NCBI GenBank assembly: GCA_043817235.1
Contig: JBDRHA010000006.1
Location: forward strand, 10,041 to 74,040
Length of the DNA: 64,000 nt
Direction: 5' to 3'
DNA from: Candidatus Shapirobacteria bacterium
GTDB taxonomy: Bacteria; Patescibacteriota; Microgenomatia; UBA12405; BS750m-G30
How positions within the stretch are numbered: the first letter of the stretch is position 1; the number at the start of each line of letters is the position of its first letter. The position numbers and the translations under genes were made by a program. Below, piece by piece: positions 26,554 to 35,859 of the stretch. The notes beneath the pieces were generated by a model that was given only the letters and a program-made list of their open reading frames with translations, made no database searches and was not told the origin of the DNA.

Positions 26554-27072
26554 CTAGGGCGAGGTTATTTCTCGTGGTGGAAGAACGCGCTCTCTGATTG
26601 TATAAATCGTATTTGCTAGGGTTTCATGTCTTTCTTTTTTGGTTTCGTATTCTTGCTCGTAAACAATAGCTAAAAGAACAGATGCTCGATGCAGGGGGTA
26701 ATTTAGTGCTTTTAGGCTGGGGACACAATCTATTAGCCCTTGGGCGCTTTTCCTATAAAAGTCAGTAACCTGTTGAAAAGTTGAACCAGCTTTTTCTGCC
26801 AAGCTGCTTATTGGATGAAACCAGCTCATCCTTAGAACTTCTCCGGCTGCTTGGCGAAAAGGCCCGCTTATTTGAGCATCTTTTTCTTTCATTCTTCGGG
26901 CGGAAAATAAATATTGAAGAAGGCAAGATTCCACTCCGTTTAACTGCAATCTTTGCGCTATTCGGGCGGCTTGAAAGAAAGTGCCAGTTTCTTTGTCTTG
27001 CCCGTTGCGGACCAGTCTAAAAAATAATGATTGTTCTTGTTCAAAACCAGGAGGAGCAAATTCAGGCCTCAT
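26554..27072 (-). CDS. hypothetical protein
   Basis: 172-aa ORF with no recognised motifs. Confidence 0.35.
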   Translation of the reverse strand: MRPEFAPPGFEQEQSLFFRLVRNGQDKETGTFFQAARIAQRLQLNGVESCLLQYLFSARRMKEKDAQISGPFRQAAGEVLRMSWFHPISSLAEKAGSTFQQVTDFYRKSAQGLIDCVPSLKALNYPLHRASVLLAIVYEQEYETKKERHETLANTIYTIRERVLPPREITSP

Positions 27073-27230
27073 AATAACCTATATTATACCAGCCTCTTTC
27101 TTGTTTATCCAGAAAAAAGTTTATAGAATAATAGAAGACTAGGAGTGGAAGAACAAGAGAAAGAGAAGAAGAAAGAGGAAAATTAGAATTATTTCGGCTC
27201 GGAGTATGAGTCGAAAAGAAAGGGGTATTT

Positions 27231-27521
27231 ATGAATAAAGATAAAAAGGTAAGATTAGTGCCTAAATTTAAAAATGAGGCGCAAGAGCGAAAATTTTGGG
27301 CTAATCATGATTTAGCTGATTATCTTGAACAGTTCCAGTCAGTTAATCTTGATTTATCAGAGTTAAGACCGTCTACTAAGCCAATTACCATCAGGTTGCC
27401 CGTTTCTCTAATTTCAGCTTTAAAAGGGTTAGCTCACAAAAGAGACGTTCCTTACCAATCTTTACTGAAAATATTTTTAGCCGAAAGAGTGGAAAAAGAA
27501 ATTAAAAATATCCATGCTTGA
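27231..27521 (+). CDS. BrnA/COG3514-like antitoxin (ribbon-helix-helix family)
   Basis: KNEAQERKFWANHDLADYLE...KPITIRLPVSLISALKGLAHKRDVPYQSLLKIFLAERVEKE matches the BrnA-family pattern E.eF.E.HD...KR.TIRLP..ll..lK..A...G.pYQ.Lik.flae (from memory). Confidence 0.5.
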   Translation: MNKDKKVRLVPKFKNEAQERKFWANHDLADYLEQFQSVNLDLSELRPSTKPITIRLPVSLISALKGLAHKRDVPYQSLLKIFLAERVEKEIKNIHA

Positions 27522-27780
27522 ACGGGAAGAGCTAACCGAACCCAGAGAAATAGAATTAGTGGAGCTAGCGGATGATCAAAAAGTAACTTGGTATACTCCT
27601 GATTTGGGAGGAGTGGAAATTGAAGTTAAAGGAAAGTTTATTAAAAGGGCAGCCGAGGTGCTAGAAGAATACGGCCGAGAAATAAAATTGACAGTCATTG
27701 GGGCGACAGTATTAGCTATGGTTGTGGCTATTGTTCGCAAAAAGCGAAGCAAAGCAATTCCAGAAGCTGAACTTCCTTAG
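27514..27780 (+). CDS. small protein with a C-terminal TM helix, translationally coupled to the BrnA-like gene (ATGCTTGA overlap)
   Basis: ...EIKLTVIGATVLAMVVAIVRKKRSK is a single hydrophobic helix followed by a basic patch. Confidence 0.35.
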   Translation: MLEREELTEPREIELVELADDQKVTWYTPDLGGVEIEVKGKFIKRAAEVLEEYGREIKLTVIGATVLAMVVAIVRKKRSKAIPEAELP

Positions 27781-27795
27781 TGTATAATCAGAAAA

Positions 27796-28362
27796 ATGAA
27801 GAGGAGAAATAGACAAAGATGCCTTATTTTAATAGACGGCAGCAATTTCTACTTTAAGCTCAAAGAAATAAAACTTCAAAATCTTCTTGAATTTGATTTT
27901 TATAGATTTTCTGAAATGCTAGCAAGAAGGAAAGGGGAAGTAGCTCAGGCTACATATTATGTTGGCAGAATTCGCACAGATGGAACGGCAAAAACAAAAC
28001 GTTTGTTTAATGACCAAAGAAAGCTTTTGGCCCACTTAAAAAAATGTAAATTTTCCTACTCTCTTGGATATTTGATGAAAACAGATGGAAAATACCACGA
28101 AAAAGGAGTGGATGTTAATATTGCCGTAGATATACTGGTCTCGACGTATGAAAATTTGAGTGATAGGATAATTGTTGTTTCGTCAGATACGGATTTATTA
28201 CCAGCAATCCAAAAGGCAAAGGAAAAAGGTAAAATTGTGGAATATATTGGTTTTTCTCACCGGCCGAGTGTTGCTATGGTAGCTACTTGTTCTGTTTCTC
28301 GTCTTTTAGGGAGAGAAGATCTTGAAAAATTTACCAAAAGAAGAAACAAAAAAAGCCTGTGA
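27796..28362 (+). CDS. NYN-domain (LabA-like, PIN-related) putative ribonuclease
   Basis: CLILIDGSNFYFKLKE...VDVNIAVDIL...IIVVSSDTDLLPAIQKAKEKGKIVEYIGF are the conserved acidic residues of the NYN/LabA family. Confidence 0.65.
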   Translation: MKRRNRQRCLILIDGSNFYFKLKEIKLQNLLEFDFYRFSEMLARRKGEVAQATYYVGRIRTDGTAKTKRLFNDQRKLLAHLKKCKFSYSLGYLMKTDGKYHEKGVDVNIAVDILVSTYENLSDRIIVVSSDTDLLPAIQKAKEKGKIVEYIGFSHRPSVAMVATCSVSRLLGREDLEKFTKRRNKKSL

Positions 28363-28441
28363 AGACCTTGCGGCGTCACAGGCGGTTTTAGTAATTGAAT
28401 ATATCATGAAAAAAGCTTATTTGTCAATGAATATAAAATAA

Positions 28442-29692
28442 TTGTCGCATATAATTAAAAAAATGAAAGTTGAGCAATTTAGTTTAAAAAACGGCCTGAA
28501 TGTTTTTTTAGTTCCCCAAAAAGAAGCGACTTCAGTAGCTGTCCAATTATTAGTTGCGGCTGGTTCGAAAAACGAAAAAAAAGGCAATTACGGTTTGGCT
28601 CATTTTTTGGAGCATATGGCTTTTAAGGGTACTAAAAAATGGCCGACGGCTAAAATTTTGGCTAAAATTTTGGACAGTTCCGGAGCAGTTTATAATGCTT
28701 CCACTGGTAAGGAAGGGACTGATTACTGGATTAGAGTTACTCCCAAAAAGCTGGATCTGGCTTTGGAAATCATCTCCCAGATGCTTATTCATGCTTTGCT
28801 TCCCTCTCCCGAGCTTGAAGTGGAGCGGGGAGTAATTATTGAGGAAATGAATATGTATCAAGATCAGCCGCGGGATCTGGTGGGCGATTATTTTGAAGAA
28901 CAGCTTTTCGGAAAAAACGCTTTGGGTCGGGCGATTATTGGCAAAAAGAAGGACATTTTAAGGGTAAAAGCCCAGGACTTTTTGGATTTTAAAAAGCAGT
29001 GGTATTTGGGCTCTAATATGAGCTTGGCTGTAGTGGGCGCTATTCCTGATTTAAAAAAAGTCAGGCAGAATATCAAAAAATTGTACGACGTAATCGAAAA
29101 AGGAGAAGTAGAAAGACTAGAAATAGGGGCAGAGTCCAAAAAAGAAGAAATCTTTTGGCAAAAAAAGAAAGCAGAGCAAACGCATTTTGTTTTAGGCTTT
29201 CCTGGAGTAACAGTTACAGACGAGCGCAAATGGGCTTTAGAGATACTGATGGCTATTTTGGGCCAGGGCATGAGCTCTCGGCTTTGGGAGGAAGTTCGAG
29301 AGAAAAGGGGACTGGCTTATTATGTTTATTCTTTTTACGGAAATATGGAAACAACGGGGTGTTTTGGTGCGGCCGCAGGCGTAAAGAATCAATCCTCAAA
29401 GCTGGCTATTGAGCTGGTGAAAGATGAGTTTGTAAAGCTTACGAAAAATTTAACTAAAGAAGAGGTTACGCGGGCCAAAACAATGTCGAATGGGCAGTTT
29501 TTAATTTCTGTTGAAAGTCCTTTAAAAGTGGCAATGCTCTTAAACGGCCATTGGCTGAATGTGGGGAAAGTGATGACTCCGGAAGATCTTATTAAAAGAT
29601 CAAATAAAGTTACTTTTGATGAGGTGAGAAAAGTGGCTAAAGAGCTTATTGATCTTTCTGATCTTCGAGGAGCGGTGATTGGCCCTCGTTGA
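28442..29692 (+). CDS. M16-family zinc peptidase (pitrilysin/insulinase-like)
   Basis: Inverted zincin motif GLAHFLEHMAFKGT (HxxEH) with downstream Glu. About 410 aa, typical of single-chain M16B. Confidence 0.85.
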   Translation: MSHIIKKMKVEQFSLKNGLNVFLVPQKEATSVAVQLLVAAGSKNEKKGNYGLAHFLEHMAFKGTKKWPTAKILAKILDSSGAVYNASTGKEGTDYWIRVTPKKLDLALEIISQMLIHALLPSPELEVERGVIIEEMNMYQDQPRDLVGDYFEEQLFGKNALGRAIIGKKKDILRVKAQDFLDFKKQWYLGSNMSLAVVGAIPDLKKVRQNIKKLYDVIEKGEVERLEIGAESKKEEIFWQKKKAEQTHFVLGFPGVTVTDERKWALEILMAILGQGMSSRLWEEVREKRGLAYYVYSFYGNMETTGCFGAAAGVKNQSSKLAIELVKDEFVKLTKNLTKEEVTRAKTMSNGQFLISVESPLKVAMLLNGHWLNVGKVMTPEDLIKRSNKVTFDEVRKVAKELIDLSDLRGAVIGPR

Positions 29693-29852
29693 GGTAAATA
29701 ATCCTTCCTTGTTTAATAGCAATAGCTTCGGCCAAATTGTGCTCGTGAGGATTTTTTCCTTCAATTATATCTTGCACTCCCGCCAGTTCTTTGCAAGGAT
29801 TTAAGCGCACAGCACGACCTCTCCAGTTTAAGGGAATATGTTCAGCGGACAT
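29646..29852 (-). CDS. hypothetical small protein
   Basis: 68-aa ORF overlapping the 3' end of the M16 gene on the other strand. Weak call. Confidence 0.2.
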   Translation of the reverse strand: MSAEHIPLNWRGRAVRLNPCKELAGVQDIIEGKNPHEHNLAEAIAIKQGRIIYLNEGQSPLLEDQKDQ

Positions 29853-30198
29853 GATTGGTTTTGATTACTTTAATAAACCAGTAAAATAAATAGCTAAGAG
29901 CGAAAAGCGAAAAACTTAAAGCCAGAGAATCTAAATATTTTAGACCCGATCCCAGAATACTGGGCAGGGGGATATTAAAAAAATATTTTAAAACTAAATA
30001 AATTGCGCTAAATGAAAAAGCAAAAATCAGCGGGCCGCTTAAAGCGAATACTATTAAACTTATTTGGGAAAAATCTTTTTTATTAAAAATCCTATTTAAG
30101 GTTAAAAAGGGATGAAATATTAGTCCCAAAAGATTAACCAAAAGCAGATAAATCTCTTTAATAAAAATTAAAAAGCTTAATTTAATTATTCTCCCCAT
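29842..30198 (-). CDS. small polytopic membrane protein immediately downstream of the ECF sigma factor; possible anti-sigma factor
   Basis: 3-4 hydrophobic helices. Gene order sigma then membrane protein on the same strand with a 9-nt gap. Confidence 0.35.
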   Translation of the reverse strand: MGRIIKLSFLIFIKEIYLLLVNLLGLIFHPFLTLNRIFNKKDFSQISLIVFALSGPLIFAFSFSAIYLVLKYFFNIPLPSILGSGLKYLDSLALSFSLFALSYLFYWFIKVIKTNHVR

Positions 30199-30206
30199 CT
30201 ACTAAT

Positions 30207-30752
30207 TTAGTCGTTAGTTTTAAGCAATATCCTTCGCAACAAGCGGCGGGCGCGGGACAAGGCGGACTCAACGGCTTTGGGAGAAGTGGCTAATTTTACG
30301 GCAATTTCTTTAATTGAATATTCTTTAAAATATTTTAATCTAATTAGCTTTTGGTAGCGTTTAGGCAGGCGTTCTAATATCTTTATTATTTCTTGTTTAA
30401 GCTCGCTTTTTAAGGCCTCTTCTTCCGGCGTTAGTGCTTTGCTTGCCAATACTTCTAAAAAAGGAAAATGGGAAAAAAGAATGGTTTTAATTCTTTTTTT
30501 TCGATAATAGTCGGCAATTTCGTGCTTGGCAATGCTAATTAAAAAAGTAGAAAGTGAACATTGAAATTGAAAATTAGATAAAGAATTATGAGCGGCCCAA
30601 AAAGTGTCCTGAACTATTTCTTCGGCGTCTTTCGGATTATCGATTCGGCCAAGAACATAGTTAGTTACTTTTTTTTCAAATTTTTGATAAAAAATTATGC
30701 TTGCGCCGGGCTTTTTTTGAAGAATTTGATTAATTAGTTTTTTTTCGATCAC
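30207..30752 (-). CDS. ECF-type RNA polymerase sigma-70 family factor
   Basis: Region-2-like DAEEIVQDTFWAAHNSLSNF and region-4 HTH YSIKEIAVKLATSPKAVESALSRARRLL. Confidence 0.7.
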   Translation of the reverse strand: MIEKKLINQILQKKPGASIIFYQKFEKKVTNYVLGRIDNPKDAEEIVQDTFWAAHNSLSNFQFQCSLSTFLISIAKHEIADYYRKKRIKTILFSHFPFLEVLASKALTPEEEALKSELKQEIIKILERLPKRYQKLIRLKYFKEYSIKEIAVKLATSPKAVESALSRARRLLRRILLKTND

Positions 30753-30778
30753 TATTTTATATTATAATAGCTTTAACA

Positions 30779-31348
30779 GTGAAAAATAAAAAAGCTTATT
30801 GGCAGCAGAGTGTAGTATTAATCAAGCCCGATGGGGTAGCCAGAGGGCTAATTGGCGAGATAATCTCTCGGTTTGAAAAAGTGGGCTTGAAAATGACTGC
30901 TTGCAAGTTAGTGGTGATTCCTCGGGAAATAGCTTTTAAACATTATGGCTATAATGATGAGTGGTTTGAGAATGTGGGAAAAAAAGTAATGGAATTTTAT
31001 AAAGAGCACGGAAAAGATCCCAACGAAGAGCTGGGAACCATGAAGTCTAAAGAGATTGGCAAAATGGTTCAGGAGTGGAACGTGAATTACTTAACTTACG
31101 GTCCGGTTTTGGCTATGATTTGGGAAGGCCAGCACGCCATAGAAGTAATAAGAAAGATTGTTGGCTCCACGTATCCAAATCAGTCAGCTCCGGGAACCAT
31201 AAGAGGAGATTACGCTTTTGACTCGCCCTTAATTTCGAATTCGGAAAAAAGATCAGTTTTTAACTTGATTCATGCTTCAGGAAAAGAAGAAGAGGCAAAA
31301 TTGGAGATTGAGCTTTGGTTTAAAAAGGAAGAGATTTGTAGGTATTAA
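30779..31348 (+). CDS. ndk: nucleoside diphosphate kinase (long form with insertion); GTG start
   Basis: QQSVVLIKPDGVARGLIGEIISRFEKVGLKMTACKL and NLIHASGKEEEAKLEIELWF are NDK signatures including the catalytic His region. Confidence 0.9.
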   Translation: MKNKKAYWQQSVVLIKPDGVARGLIGEIISRFEKVGLKMTACKLVVIPREIAFKHYGYNDEWFENVGKKVMEFYKEHGKDPNEELGTMKSKEIGKMVQEWNVNYLTYGPVLAMIWEGQHAIEVIRKIVGSTYPNQSAPGTIRGDYAFDSPLISNSEKRSVFNLIHASGKEEEAKLEIELWFKKEEICRY

Positions 31349-31474
31349 GATTGTCAACCTCGGGGGTTAATTGCCCTTGCAACATCGGGAGAACCCCCAG
31401 TCTTGCGCTTACCTGCCCGCCATCCGGCCTAAGCCGTCAGGCGCTGGCAGGCGGGGGATGCGCTCTTTTCCTTG

Positions 31475-31546
31475 TGCCCCCGAAAGGAATCGAACCTTTA
31501 TCTGTCGCTTAGGAGGCAACTGCTCTATCCATTAAGCTACGGGAGC
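31475..31546 (-). tRNA. tRNA-Arg (anticodon CCT)
   Basis: Reverse complement folds as GCTCCCG-TA-GCTT-AATGGAT-AGAGC-A-GTTGC-CTCCTAA-GCGAC-AGATA-AAAGG-TTCGATT-CCTTT-CGGGGGC-A. Confidence 0.8.
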
Positions 31547-31573
31547 GATAGGCCTATTATTATAGCTCAAAAA

Positions 31574-32869
31574 TCACCTGATGGTGACACCGTAGAGATT
31601 GGGAGGCAGGTGAGGATGCAGACTAGTTAAGACAATAAGTTTATTGCCGTCAGGTGAGGGGAAGGCATACCCATTTTCAAAAGGCCCGGCAAAGACCGTA
31701 ATTTTGTTGGTGGCTTCTGCTTCAATTACTTTAACCTGATTATCTTCTAAAAAGAGCAAGTGATTATTGGTGCTTAGCCAGTAAACAGGAGATTGGGTTT
31801 GGGCCAAGTACCGGATTAGCAGATTTTCTTTGTTTTCTAAATTCTCTAAATTAATTCCTATTTTGTTTGCCTCGCCCATAAAGAAGTTAGTGTCGTCTTC
31901 CAGCTGGTAAATATAAACTCTTCCTCTTTTAATTTCTCTTTCTTCTGCTTGGGTGGAGCGGGCTGGCGGATGGACAATTAAGTTATTAGGAATACTGGCG
32001 TCTTGGCTGGCAAGATAATAAAGTCTTTTTTGGTTTGGTGAAAAAGTGATTAATTGGGCGGAATTGCTGGCAACTTCGGCGAGCTCAGGAGGCAGTTTTT
32101 CTAAATTTCTACCAAGCTGCTGATCAAGCTCGTCCTGCCAGGTGCTTAAAGTAAAGTTTAATTGCAACACTTCGTTTCTAAGCTCATCTTGGCCGGTAAG
32201 CCCATCACTAGGGAGGCGGTAAACAGAGGAAGGATTGTCTAGCGGGCCAAAAATAGCCAAAACCTGGGTGGAATCCGGGCTCCAGACTAAAACAGCTTTT
32301 GACCAGTCTAAAAAGTTTACCGGAGCCACCAGCTGGCGAGTATTGTTTCTGAATAAACCCAAGCCGCTTTCATCAATGCGGGAAACCCATAAACCGTTTT
32401 TGGTTTCCGCCGAAGCGCTGGCTACGGCATAAACAATTTTTAGGCCATCCGGAGAAAGAGTCGGATTAGCCGCGCCGGTATTGGTAAGAGTGGTTAAATC
32501 AGGGGCGGAGCGGAAAAGATAGGCGTCGGTTTGGAAAACCACCTCTTTTTTGATAGTTGCATTTTTCTCCCAAGGAAGATAGCCGTCTTTGACCAGTTTT
32601 ATTTGGTATTCGCCGGGGTTCAGGTTAATCGTATCATCCGTTGCCGTTACTAGTTTATCGTCTATATAAACTAAGGCTCCTTTAGGAAGAGAAGTAGCGG
32701 CCAGTAATCCGGTGGGCAAAAAGCCGCCGTTTTTTATATCGGGCCGATAACCCCTAATGAAAAAAGAAATAAGGGTAGTGCCGATTAAAACAAAGGTCAA
32801 AACTCCGGCAATAACGAAGGCGGGTTTAAATTGCTTAAGCTTCATTGTGAATTGGGTATATGATAACAA
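31574..32869 (-). CDS. membrane-anchored protein with a PEGA domain followed by a TolB-like beta-propeller
   Basis: N-terminal TM; GALVYIDDKLVTATDDTINLNPGEYQIKLVKDGYLPWEKNATI is PEGA-like; repeated SPDG../FSPN... blades (SPDGLKIVYAV, WSPDSTQVLAIF, FSPNQKRLYYLAS, PSPDGNKLIVLTS). Confidence 0.6.
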   Translation of the reverse strand: MLSYTQFTMKLKQFKPAFVIAGVLTFVLIGTTLISFFIRGYRPDIKNGGFLPTGLLAATSLPKGALVYIDDKLVTATDDTINLNPGEYQIKLVKDGYLPWEKNATIKKEVVFQTDAYLFRSAPDLTTLTNTGAANPTLSPDGLKIVYAVASASAETKNGLWVSRIDESGLGLFRNNTRQLVAPVNFLDWSKAVLVWSPDSTQVLAIFGPLDNPSSVYRLPSDGLTGQDELRNEVLQLNFTLSTWQDELDQQLGRNLEKLPPELAEVASNSAQLITFSPNQKRLYYLASQDASIPNNLIVHPPARSTQAEEREIKRGRVYIYQLEDDTNFFMGEANKIGINLENLENKENLLIRYLAQTQSPVYWLSTNNHLLFLEDNQVKVIEAEATNKITVFAGPFENGYAFPSPDGNKLIVLTSLHPHLPPNLYGVTIR

Positions 32870-32892
32870 ATTTAAGGACTAAATTCTTTAGG

Positions 32893-33068
32893 AGATCCTT
32901 CGGCTACGCTCAGGATGACGAAGAGAGTGTCATTGCGAGAGCTTTGACTTGCACACACCCGGTGTGGTTCGGGTCACACCGGGTGTGTGGCGATCCCGTT
33001 GAGATTGCCATGTCAGTCGCCCCGTAGCTGCAAGGCTCCTTCCTCGCAATGACAGGGAGTTGTTGGTA
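32893..33068. repeat. MITE-like repeat cluster with the cacacccggtgtggttcgggtcacaccgggtgtgtg hairpin
   Basis: ccttcggctacgctcaggatgac; a full element tgtcattgcgagagc...ttcctcgcaatgaca with the hairpin nested inside. Confidence 0.8.
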
Positions 33069-33121
33069 TAATGATTTTAGTTCAAAATTAACACTATCCA
33101 ATATAATCATAGTATATCAAA

Positions 33122-34132
33122 ATGGCATTAAGTAAGCAGTTAGCGATCGACTTAGGCACGGCTAATTGTTTGGTCTGGGAAATTGGCAAGGGGTTGGTAA
33201 TCAACGAGCCGACGGTCGTGGCTGTTACTCTGGAAGAAAGAAAAGTTTTGGCCGTAGGCAAGGAGGCAAAAGAAATGCTGGGCCGCACTCCTGAATACAT
33301 TGAGGTAGCTCGGCCAATGCGCGAGGGAGTAATTGCTGATTACCAAGTAACCGAGTCTATGCTTCGCTGGTTTATTCGCCAAACCGGAACTGGCATATTG
33401 AGTTTTTTTAAGCCGGAAGTGATGGTTTGCGTGCCTACAGGAGTGACCCAAGTAGAGCAAAGAGCGGTTTTGGATGCGGCTTTAAGCGCCGGGGCCCGGG
33501 TGGCTTATTTAATTGACTCGCCCTTGGCGGCGGCAATTGGAGCTGGTATTCCTATCAGTTTGGCGGCCGGCAATATGATTGTGGATATTGGTGGCGGAGC
33601 GTGTGAAGCGGCAGTAATCGCCTTAGGAGGAGTAGTGGTTCATAAAAGTGTTCGGGTGGCGGGCAATAAACTGGATGAGGCCATTATTAATTGGCTGAAA
33701 AAAAATCATAATATTGTTGTTGGCGATCAAACGGCCGAGCAAATAAAAATCGAAATTGGTACAGCTCTGCCCAGTAAAAGCAAAGAAAAGAAGATGGCTA
33801 TCCGCGGGCGGGATTCGGTCTCCGGCTTGCCGCGAAAAGTTGACTTGGCTTCTGTTCAAGTTAATGAGGCTATAAATGAGCCCTTAGCAGAGATTTTAAG
33901 TGCTGTTCGCGGGGTTTTAGAAAAGACGCCGCCAGAGTTGGTTGCTGATATTGTAGATAAAGGGATTATTCTTTCCGGCGGAACAGCACTATTAAATAAC
34001 CTAGATAAATTTTTAACAAGACAGATAGGAGTTTCTTTTCATGTGGCTCAAGAGCCGCTTCTTTGCACTGTTAAGGGAACGGCTATTGCTTTAGAGAACC
34101 TAGAAGAGTACAAGAGCTCTTTAAGATTTTAA
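33122..34132 (+). CDS. mreB: rod-shape-determining actin homolog MreB
   Basis: LAIDLGTANCLVWEIGKGLVINEPTVVAV phosphate-1 motif; DIGGGACEAAVIALGG phosphate-2; about 336 aa. Confidence 0.95.
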   Translation: MALSKQLAIDLGTANCLVWEIGKGLVINEPTVVAVTLEERKVLAVGKEAKEMLGRTPEYIEVARPMREGVIADYQVTESMLRWFIRQTGTGILSFFKPEVMVCVPTGVTQVEQRAVLDAALSAGARVAYLIDSPLAAAIGAGIPISLAAGNMIVDIGGGACEAAVIALGGVVVHKSVRVAGNKLDEAIINWLKKNHNIVVGDQTAEQIKIEIGTALPSKSKEKKMAIRGRDSVSGLPRKVDLASVQVNEAINEPLAEILSAVRGVLEKTPPELVADIVDKGIILSGGTALLNNLDKFLTRQIGVSFHVAQEPLLCTVKGTAIALENLEEYKSSLRF

Positions 34133-35601
34133 ATCCTATATAGATAAGAGTGCTAAAAGTATATTATATGCATTTTGAATATTAATAACCTCTTATAGTA
34201 TAAAGATAATTAATTTAAAACATTATTTAAGAATAATAAAGAGTATTAGTAGATTATTTACATCTTTATGAATAATATAAAAATAATTTAGAGCAAAATA
34301 TTTATACTAAAAAGGAAAAATATTGTTTCAGGCCTGAAGATATTCATATCTTATAGAAAAGATAGCGAAAAACTATGTTAAGAAGAATAATATTATTAGC
34401 ATAATTAGATTATTATAGGAAAGATTAAGAGAATTTTAGTTAATTTATTAAAGTATTAATAAAATATATCTCTTGAAAAAAGTTAAAATAATTAAAAAAT
34501 TATCAAAATAATTTAGTAGACCTAGAGAAAGTATAAATAAGGATGCGAAAATAGTGAAAAGATTATCGTTAATTAGAAAAATCTTATCTTAAAGACAAAA
34601 AAATGACCCAGAAAGGCCATTCTCTTGGGTTAGAATACTCGTAAAGAATGGGTAAAAAACTATATTTTATTCCTTTAGCAAAGCATACAAAGCTCTGATA
34701 AGTTCACCTGCGTTCTAATATTATATTTCCTATCTATAGGGATTTTATTGTAAATAGTCTTGTTTCGTGCCTGAGCGGGAAGACGCTGGGTTTTCATAAG
34801 AAAGAAGAATCAAAAAACCAAAAAGAATAGTTAGTTCTTTTAAAAGATTTAATGCGGAAAATATTTTTGCTTTTTTTTAGCACACGGCCAGGAAAGCAAA
34901 AAATATTCGGTATATGGCTTATTATGGCCCACTAGAGCGGTGCTGAGCAGCTTTGAGCTTCTTTGACTACTTGAGTAGAGGTAATTTCCTTAAGTTAACA
35001 ACTCTAAAATAATCTTGAGGGCTTAGCAAGAAAAGCAGTTCTTTGATAAATTTCAGGATAAAAGCATAATTGGAGGTGAGAAATAAGTGGTGAATAGATA
35101 GTGGATAGGGATAAATATCTGAAGTTTTTTTTGCCTTACCCCAGGCGTATTTTTTTGGTGATTCAGGAGAGATTTAAGAGTGATGTAGGGTGTGATTAAG
35201 ATGTAGGCAAAAGAGCCGCTGAATTTCTTTGTTGCCTTGAAAAATACAGAAAAAGCCCTTTTTTTCCATTGATAGTTTTTTATATCTTTTAATTATCAGT
35301 ATAGTCTTTTAATAGCCAAAGATAGGGGGAGTTATATTAGCAATTTCAACTTTTCACGAAGCATGCACTCGGGGTTAGGATAAATAAAATATTATCGCAG
35401 GTTATCCGATTGTGTAGCAGTGTATGCCTAAATATGTAAAATAGATTGTGAAAATAGACTAAAATATTTTTCGCAAAATAATTATTAAATCAACCATGCT
35501 TTTAAAAACTAGTTCTTGACATGCTAACAGATGATTTGTTATTGTTGTTTTAATAAAGACATTCATTGTTATAAATAATAGTAGAAAATTAAAAGAAGAA
35601 A

Positions 35602-35817
35602 ATGACGCAAGAAAAAAAAGAAATTTCTCTAGAAAATCTTCCTGATTTATTGACTGTTAGAGAAGTGGCGGAATTGCTCCGAGTTTCTCCCTTAACAGTA
35701 AAGCGCTGGGGGAATAGAGGAAAGTTAGTGCCGATCCGAATAAATGCTCGAGGCGACAGGCGATACCGCAAGGAGCAGGTTTTATATTTACTAGGAATGT
35801 ATCAAAAAGAAGAATAG
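35602..35817 (+). CDS. excisionase/MerR-superfamily HTH DNA-binding protein (Xis/AlpA-like)
   Basis: LLTVREVAELLRVSPLTVKRWGNRGKLVPIRINARGDRRYRKEQV matches the excisionase-family DNA-binding domain pattern (TIGR01764-like, from memory). Confidence 0.5.
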   Translation: MTQEKKEISLENLPDLLTVREVAELLRVSPLTVKRWGNRGKLVPIRINARGDRRYRKEQVLYLLGMYQKEE

Positions 35818-35859
35818 TTTATTAGTTGCCAAATAAATAAAAAAGGACTAAATTAGTTT

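Noticed and set aside
28550-29412. Alternative-frame and antisense ORFs over the M16 peptidase gene
   Set aside because: They overlap a confidently assigned gene and show no motifs.
31349-31546. Genomic island integrated at tRNA-Arg with the 37-nt motif as att sites
   Set aside because: The motif does not contain the tRNA 3' end. No integrase lies in the bracketed segment, and its genes are mostly housekeeping. Kept only as a low-probability alternative in the finding.
34140-35600. Replication origin (oriC) in the AT-rich gap
   Set aside because: Only weak DnaA-box-like matches are present, for example agtggatag and ttatccgat. There is no dnaA or dnaN nearby. This is not supportable without a skew analysis.
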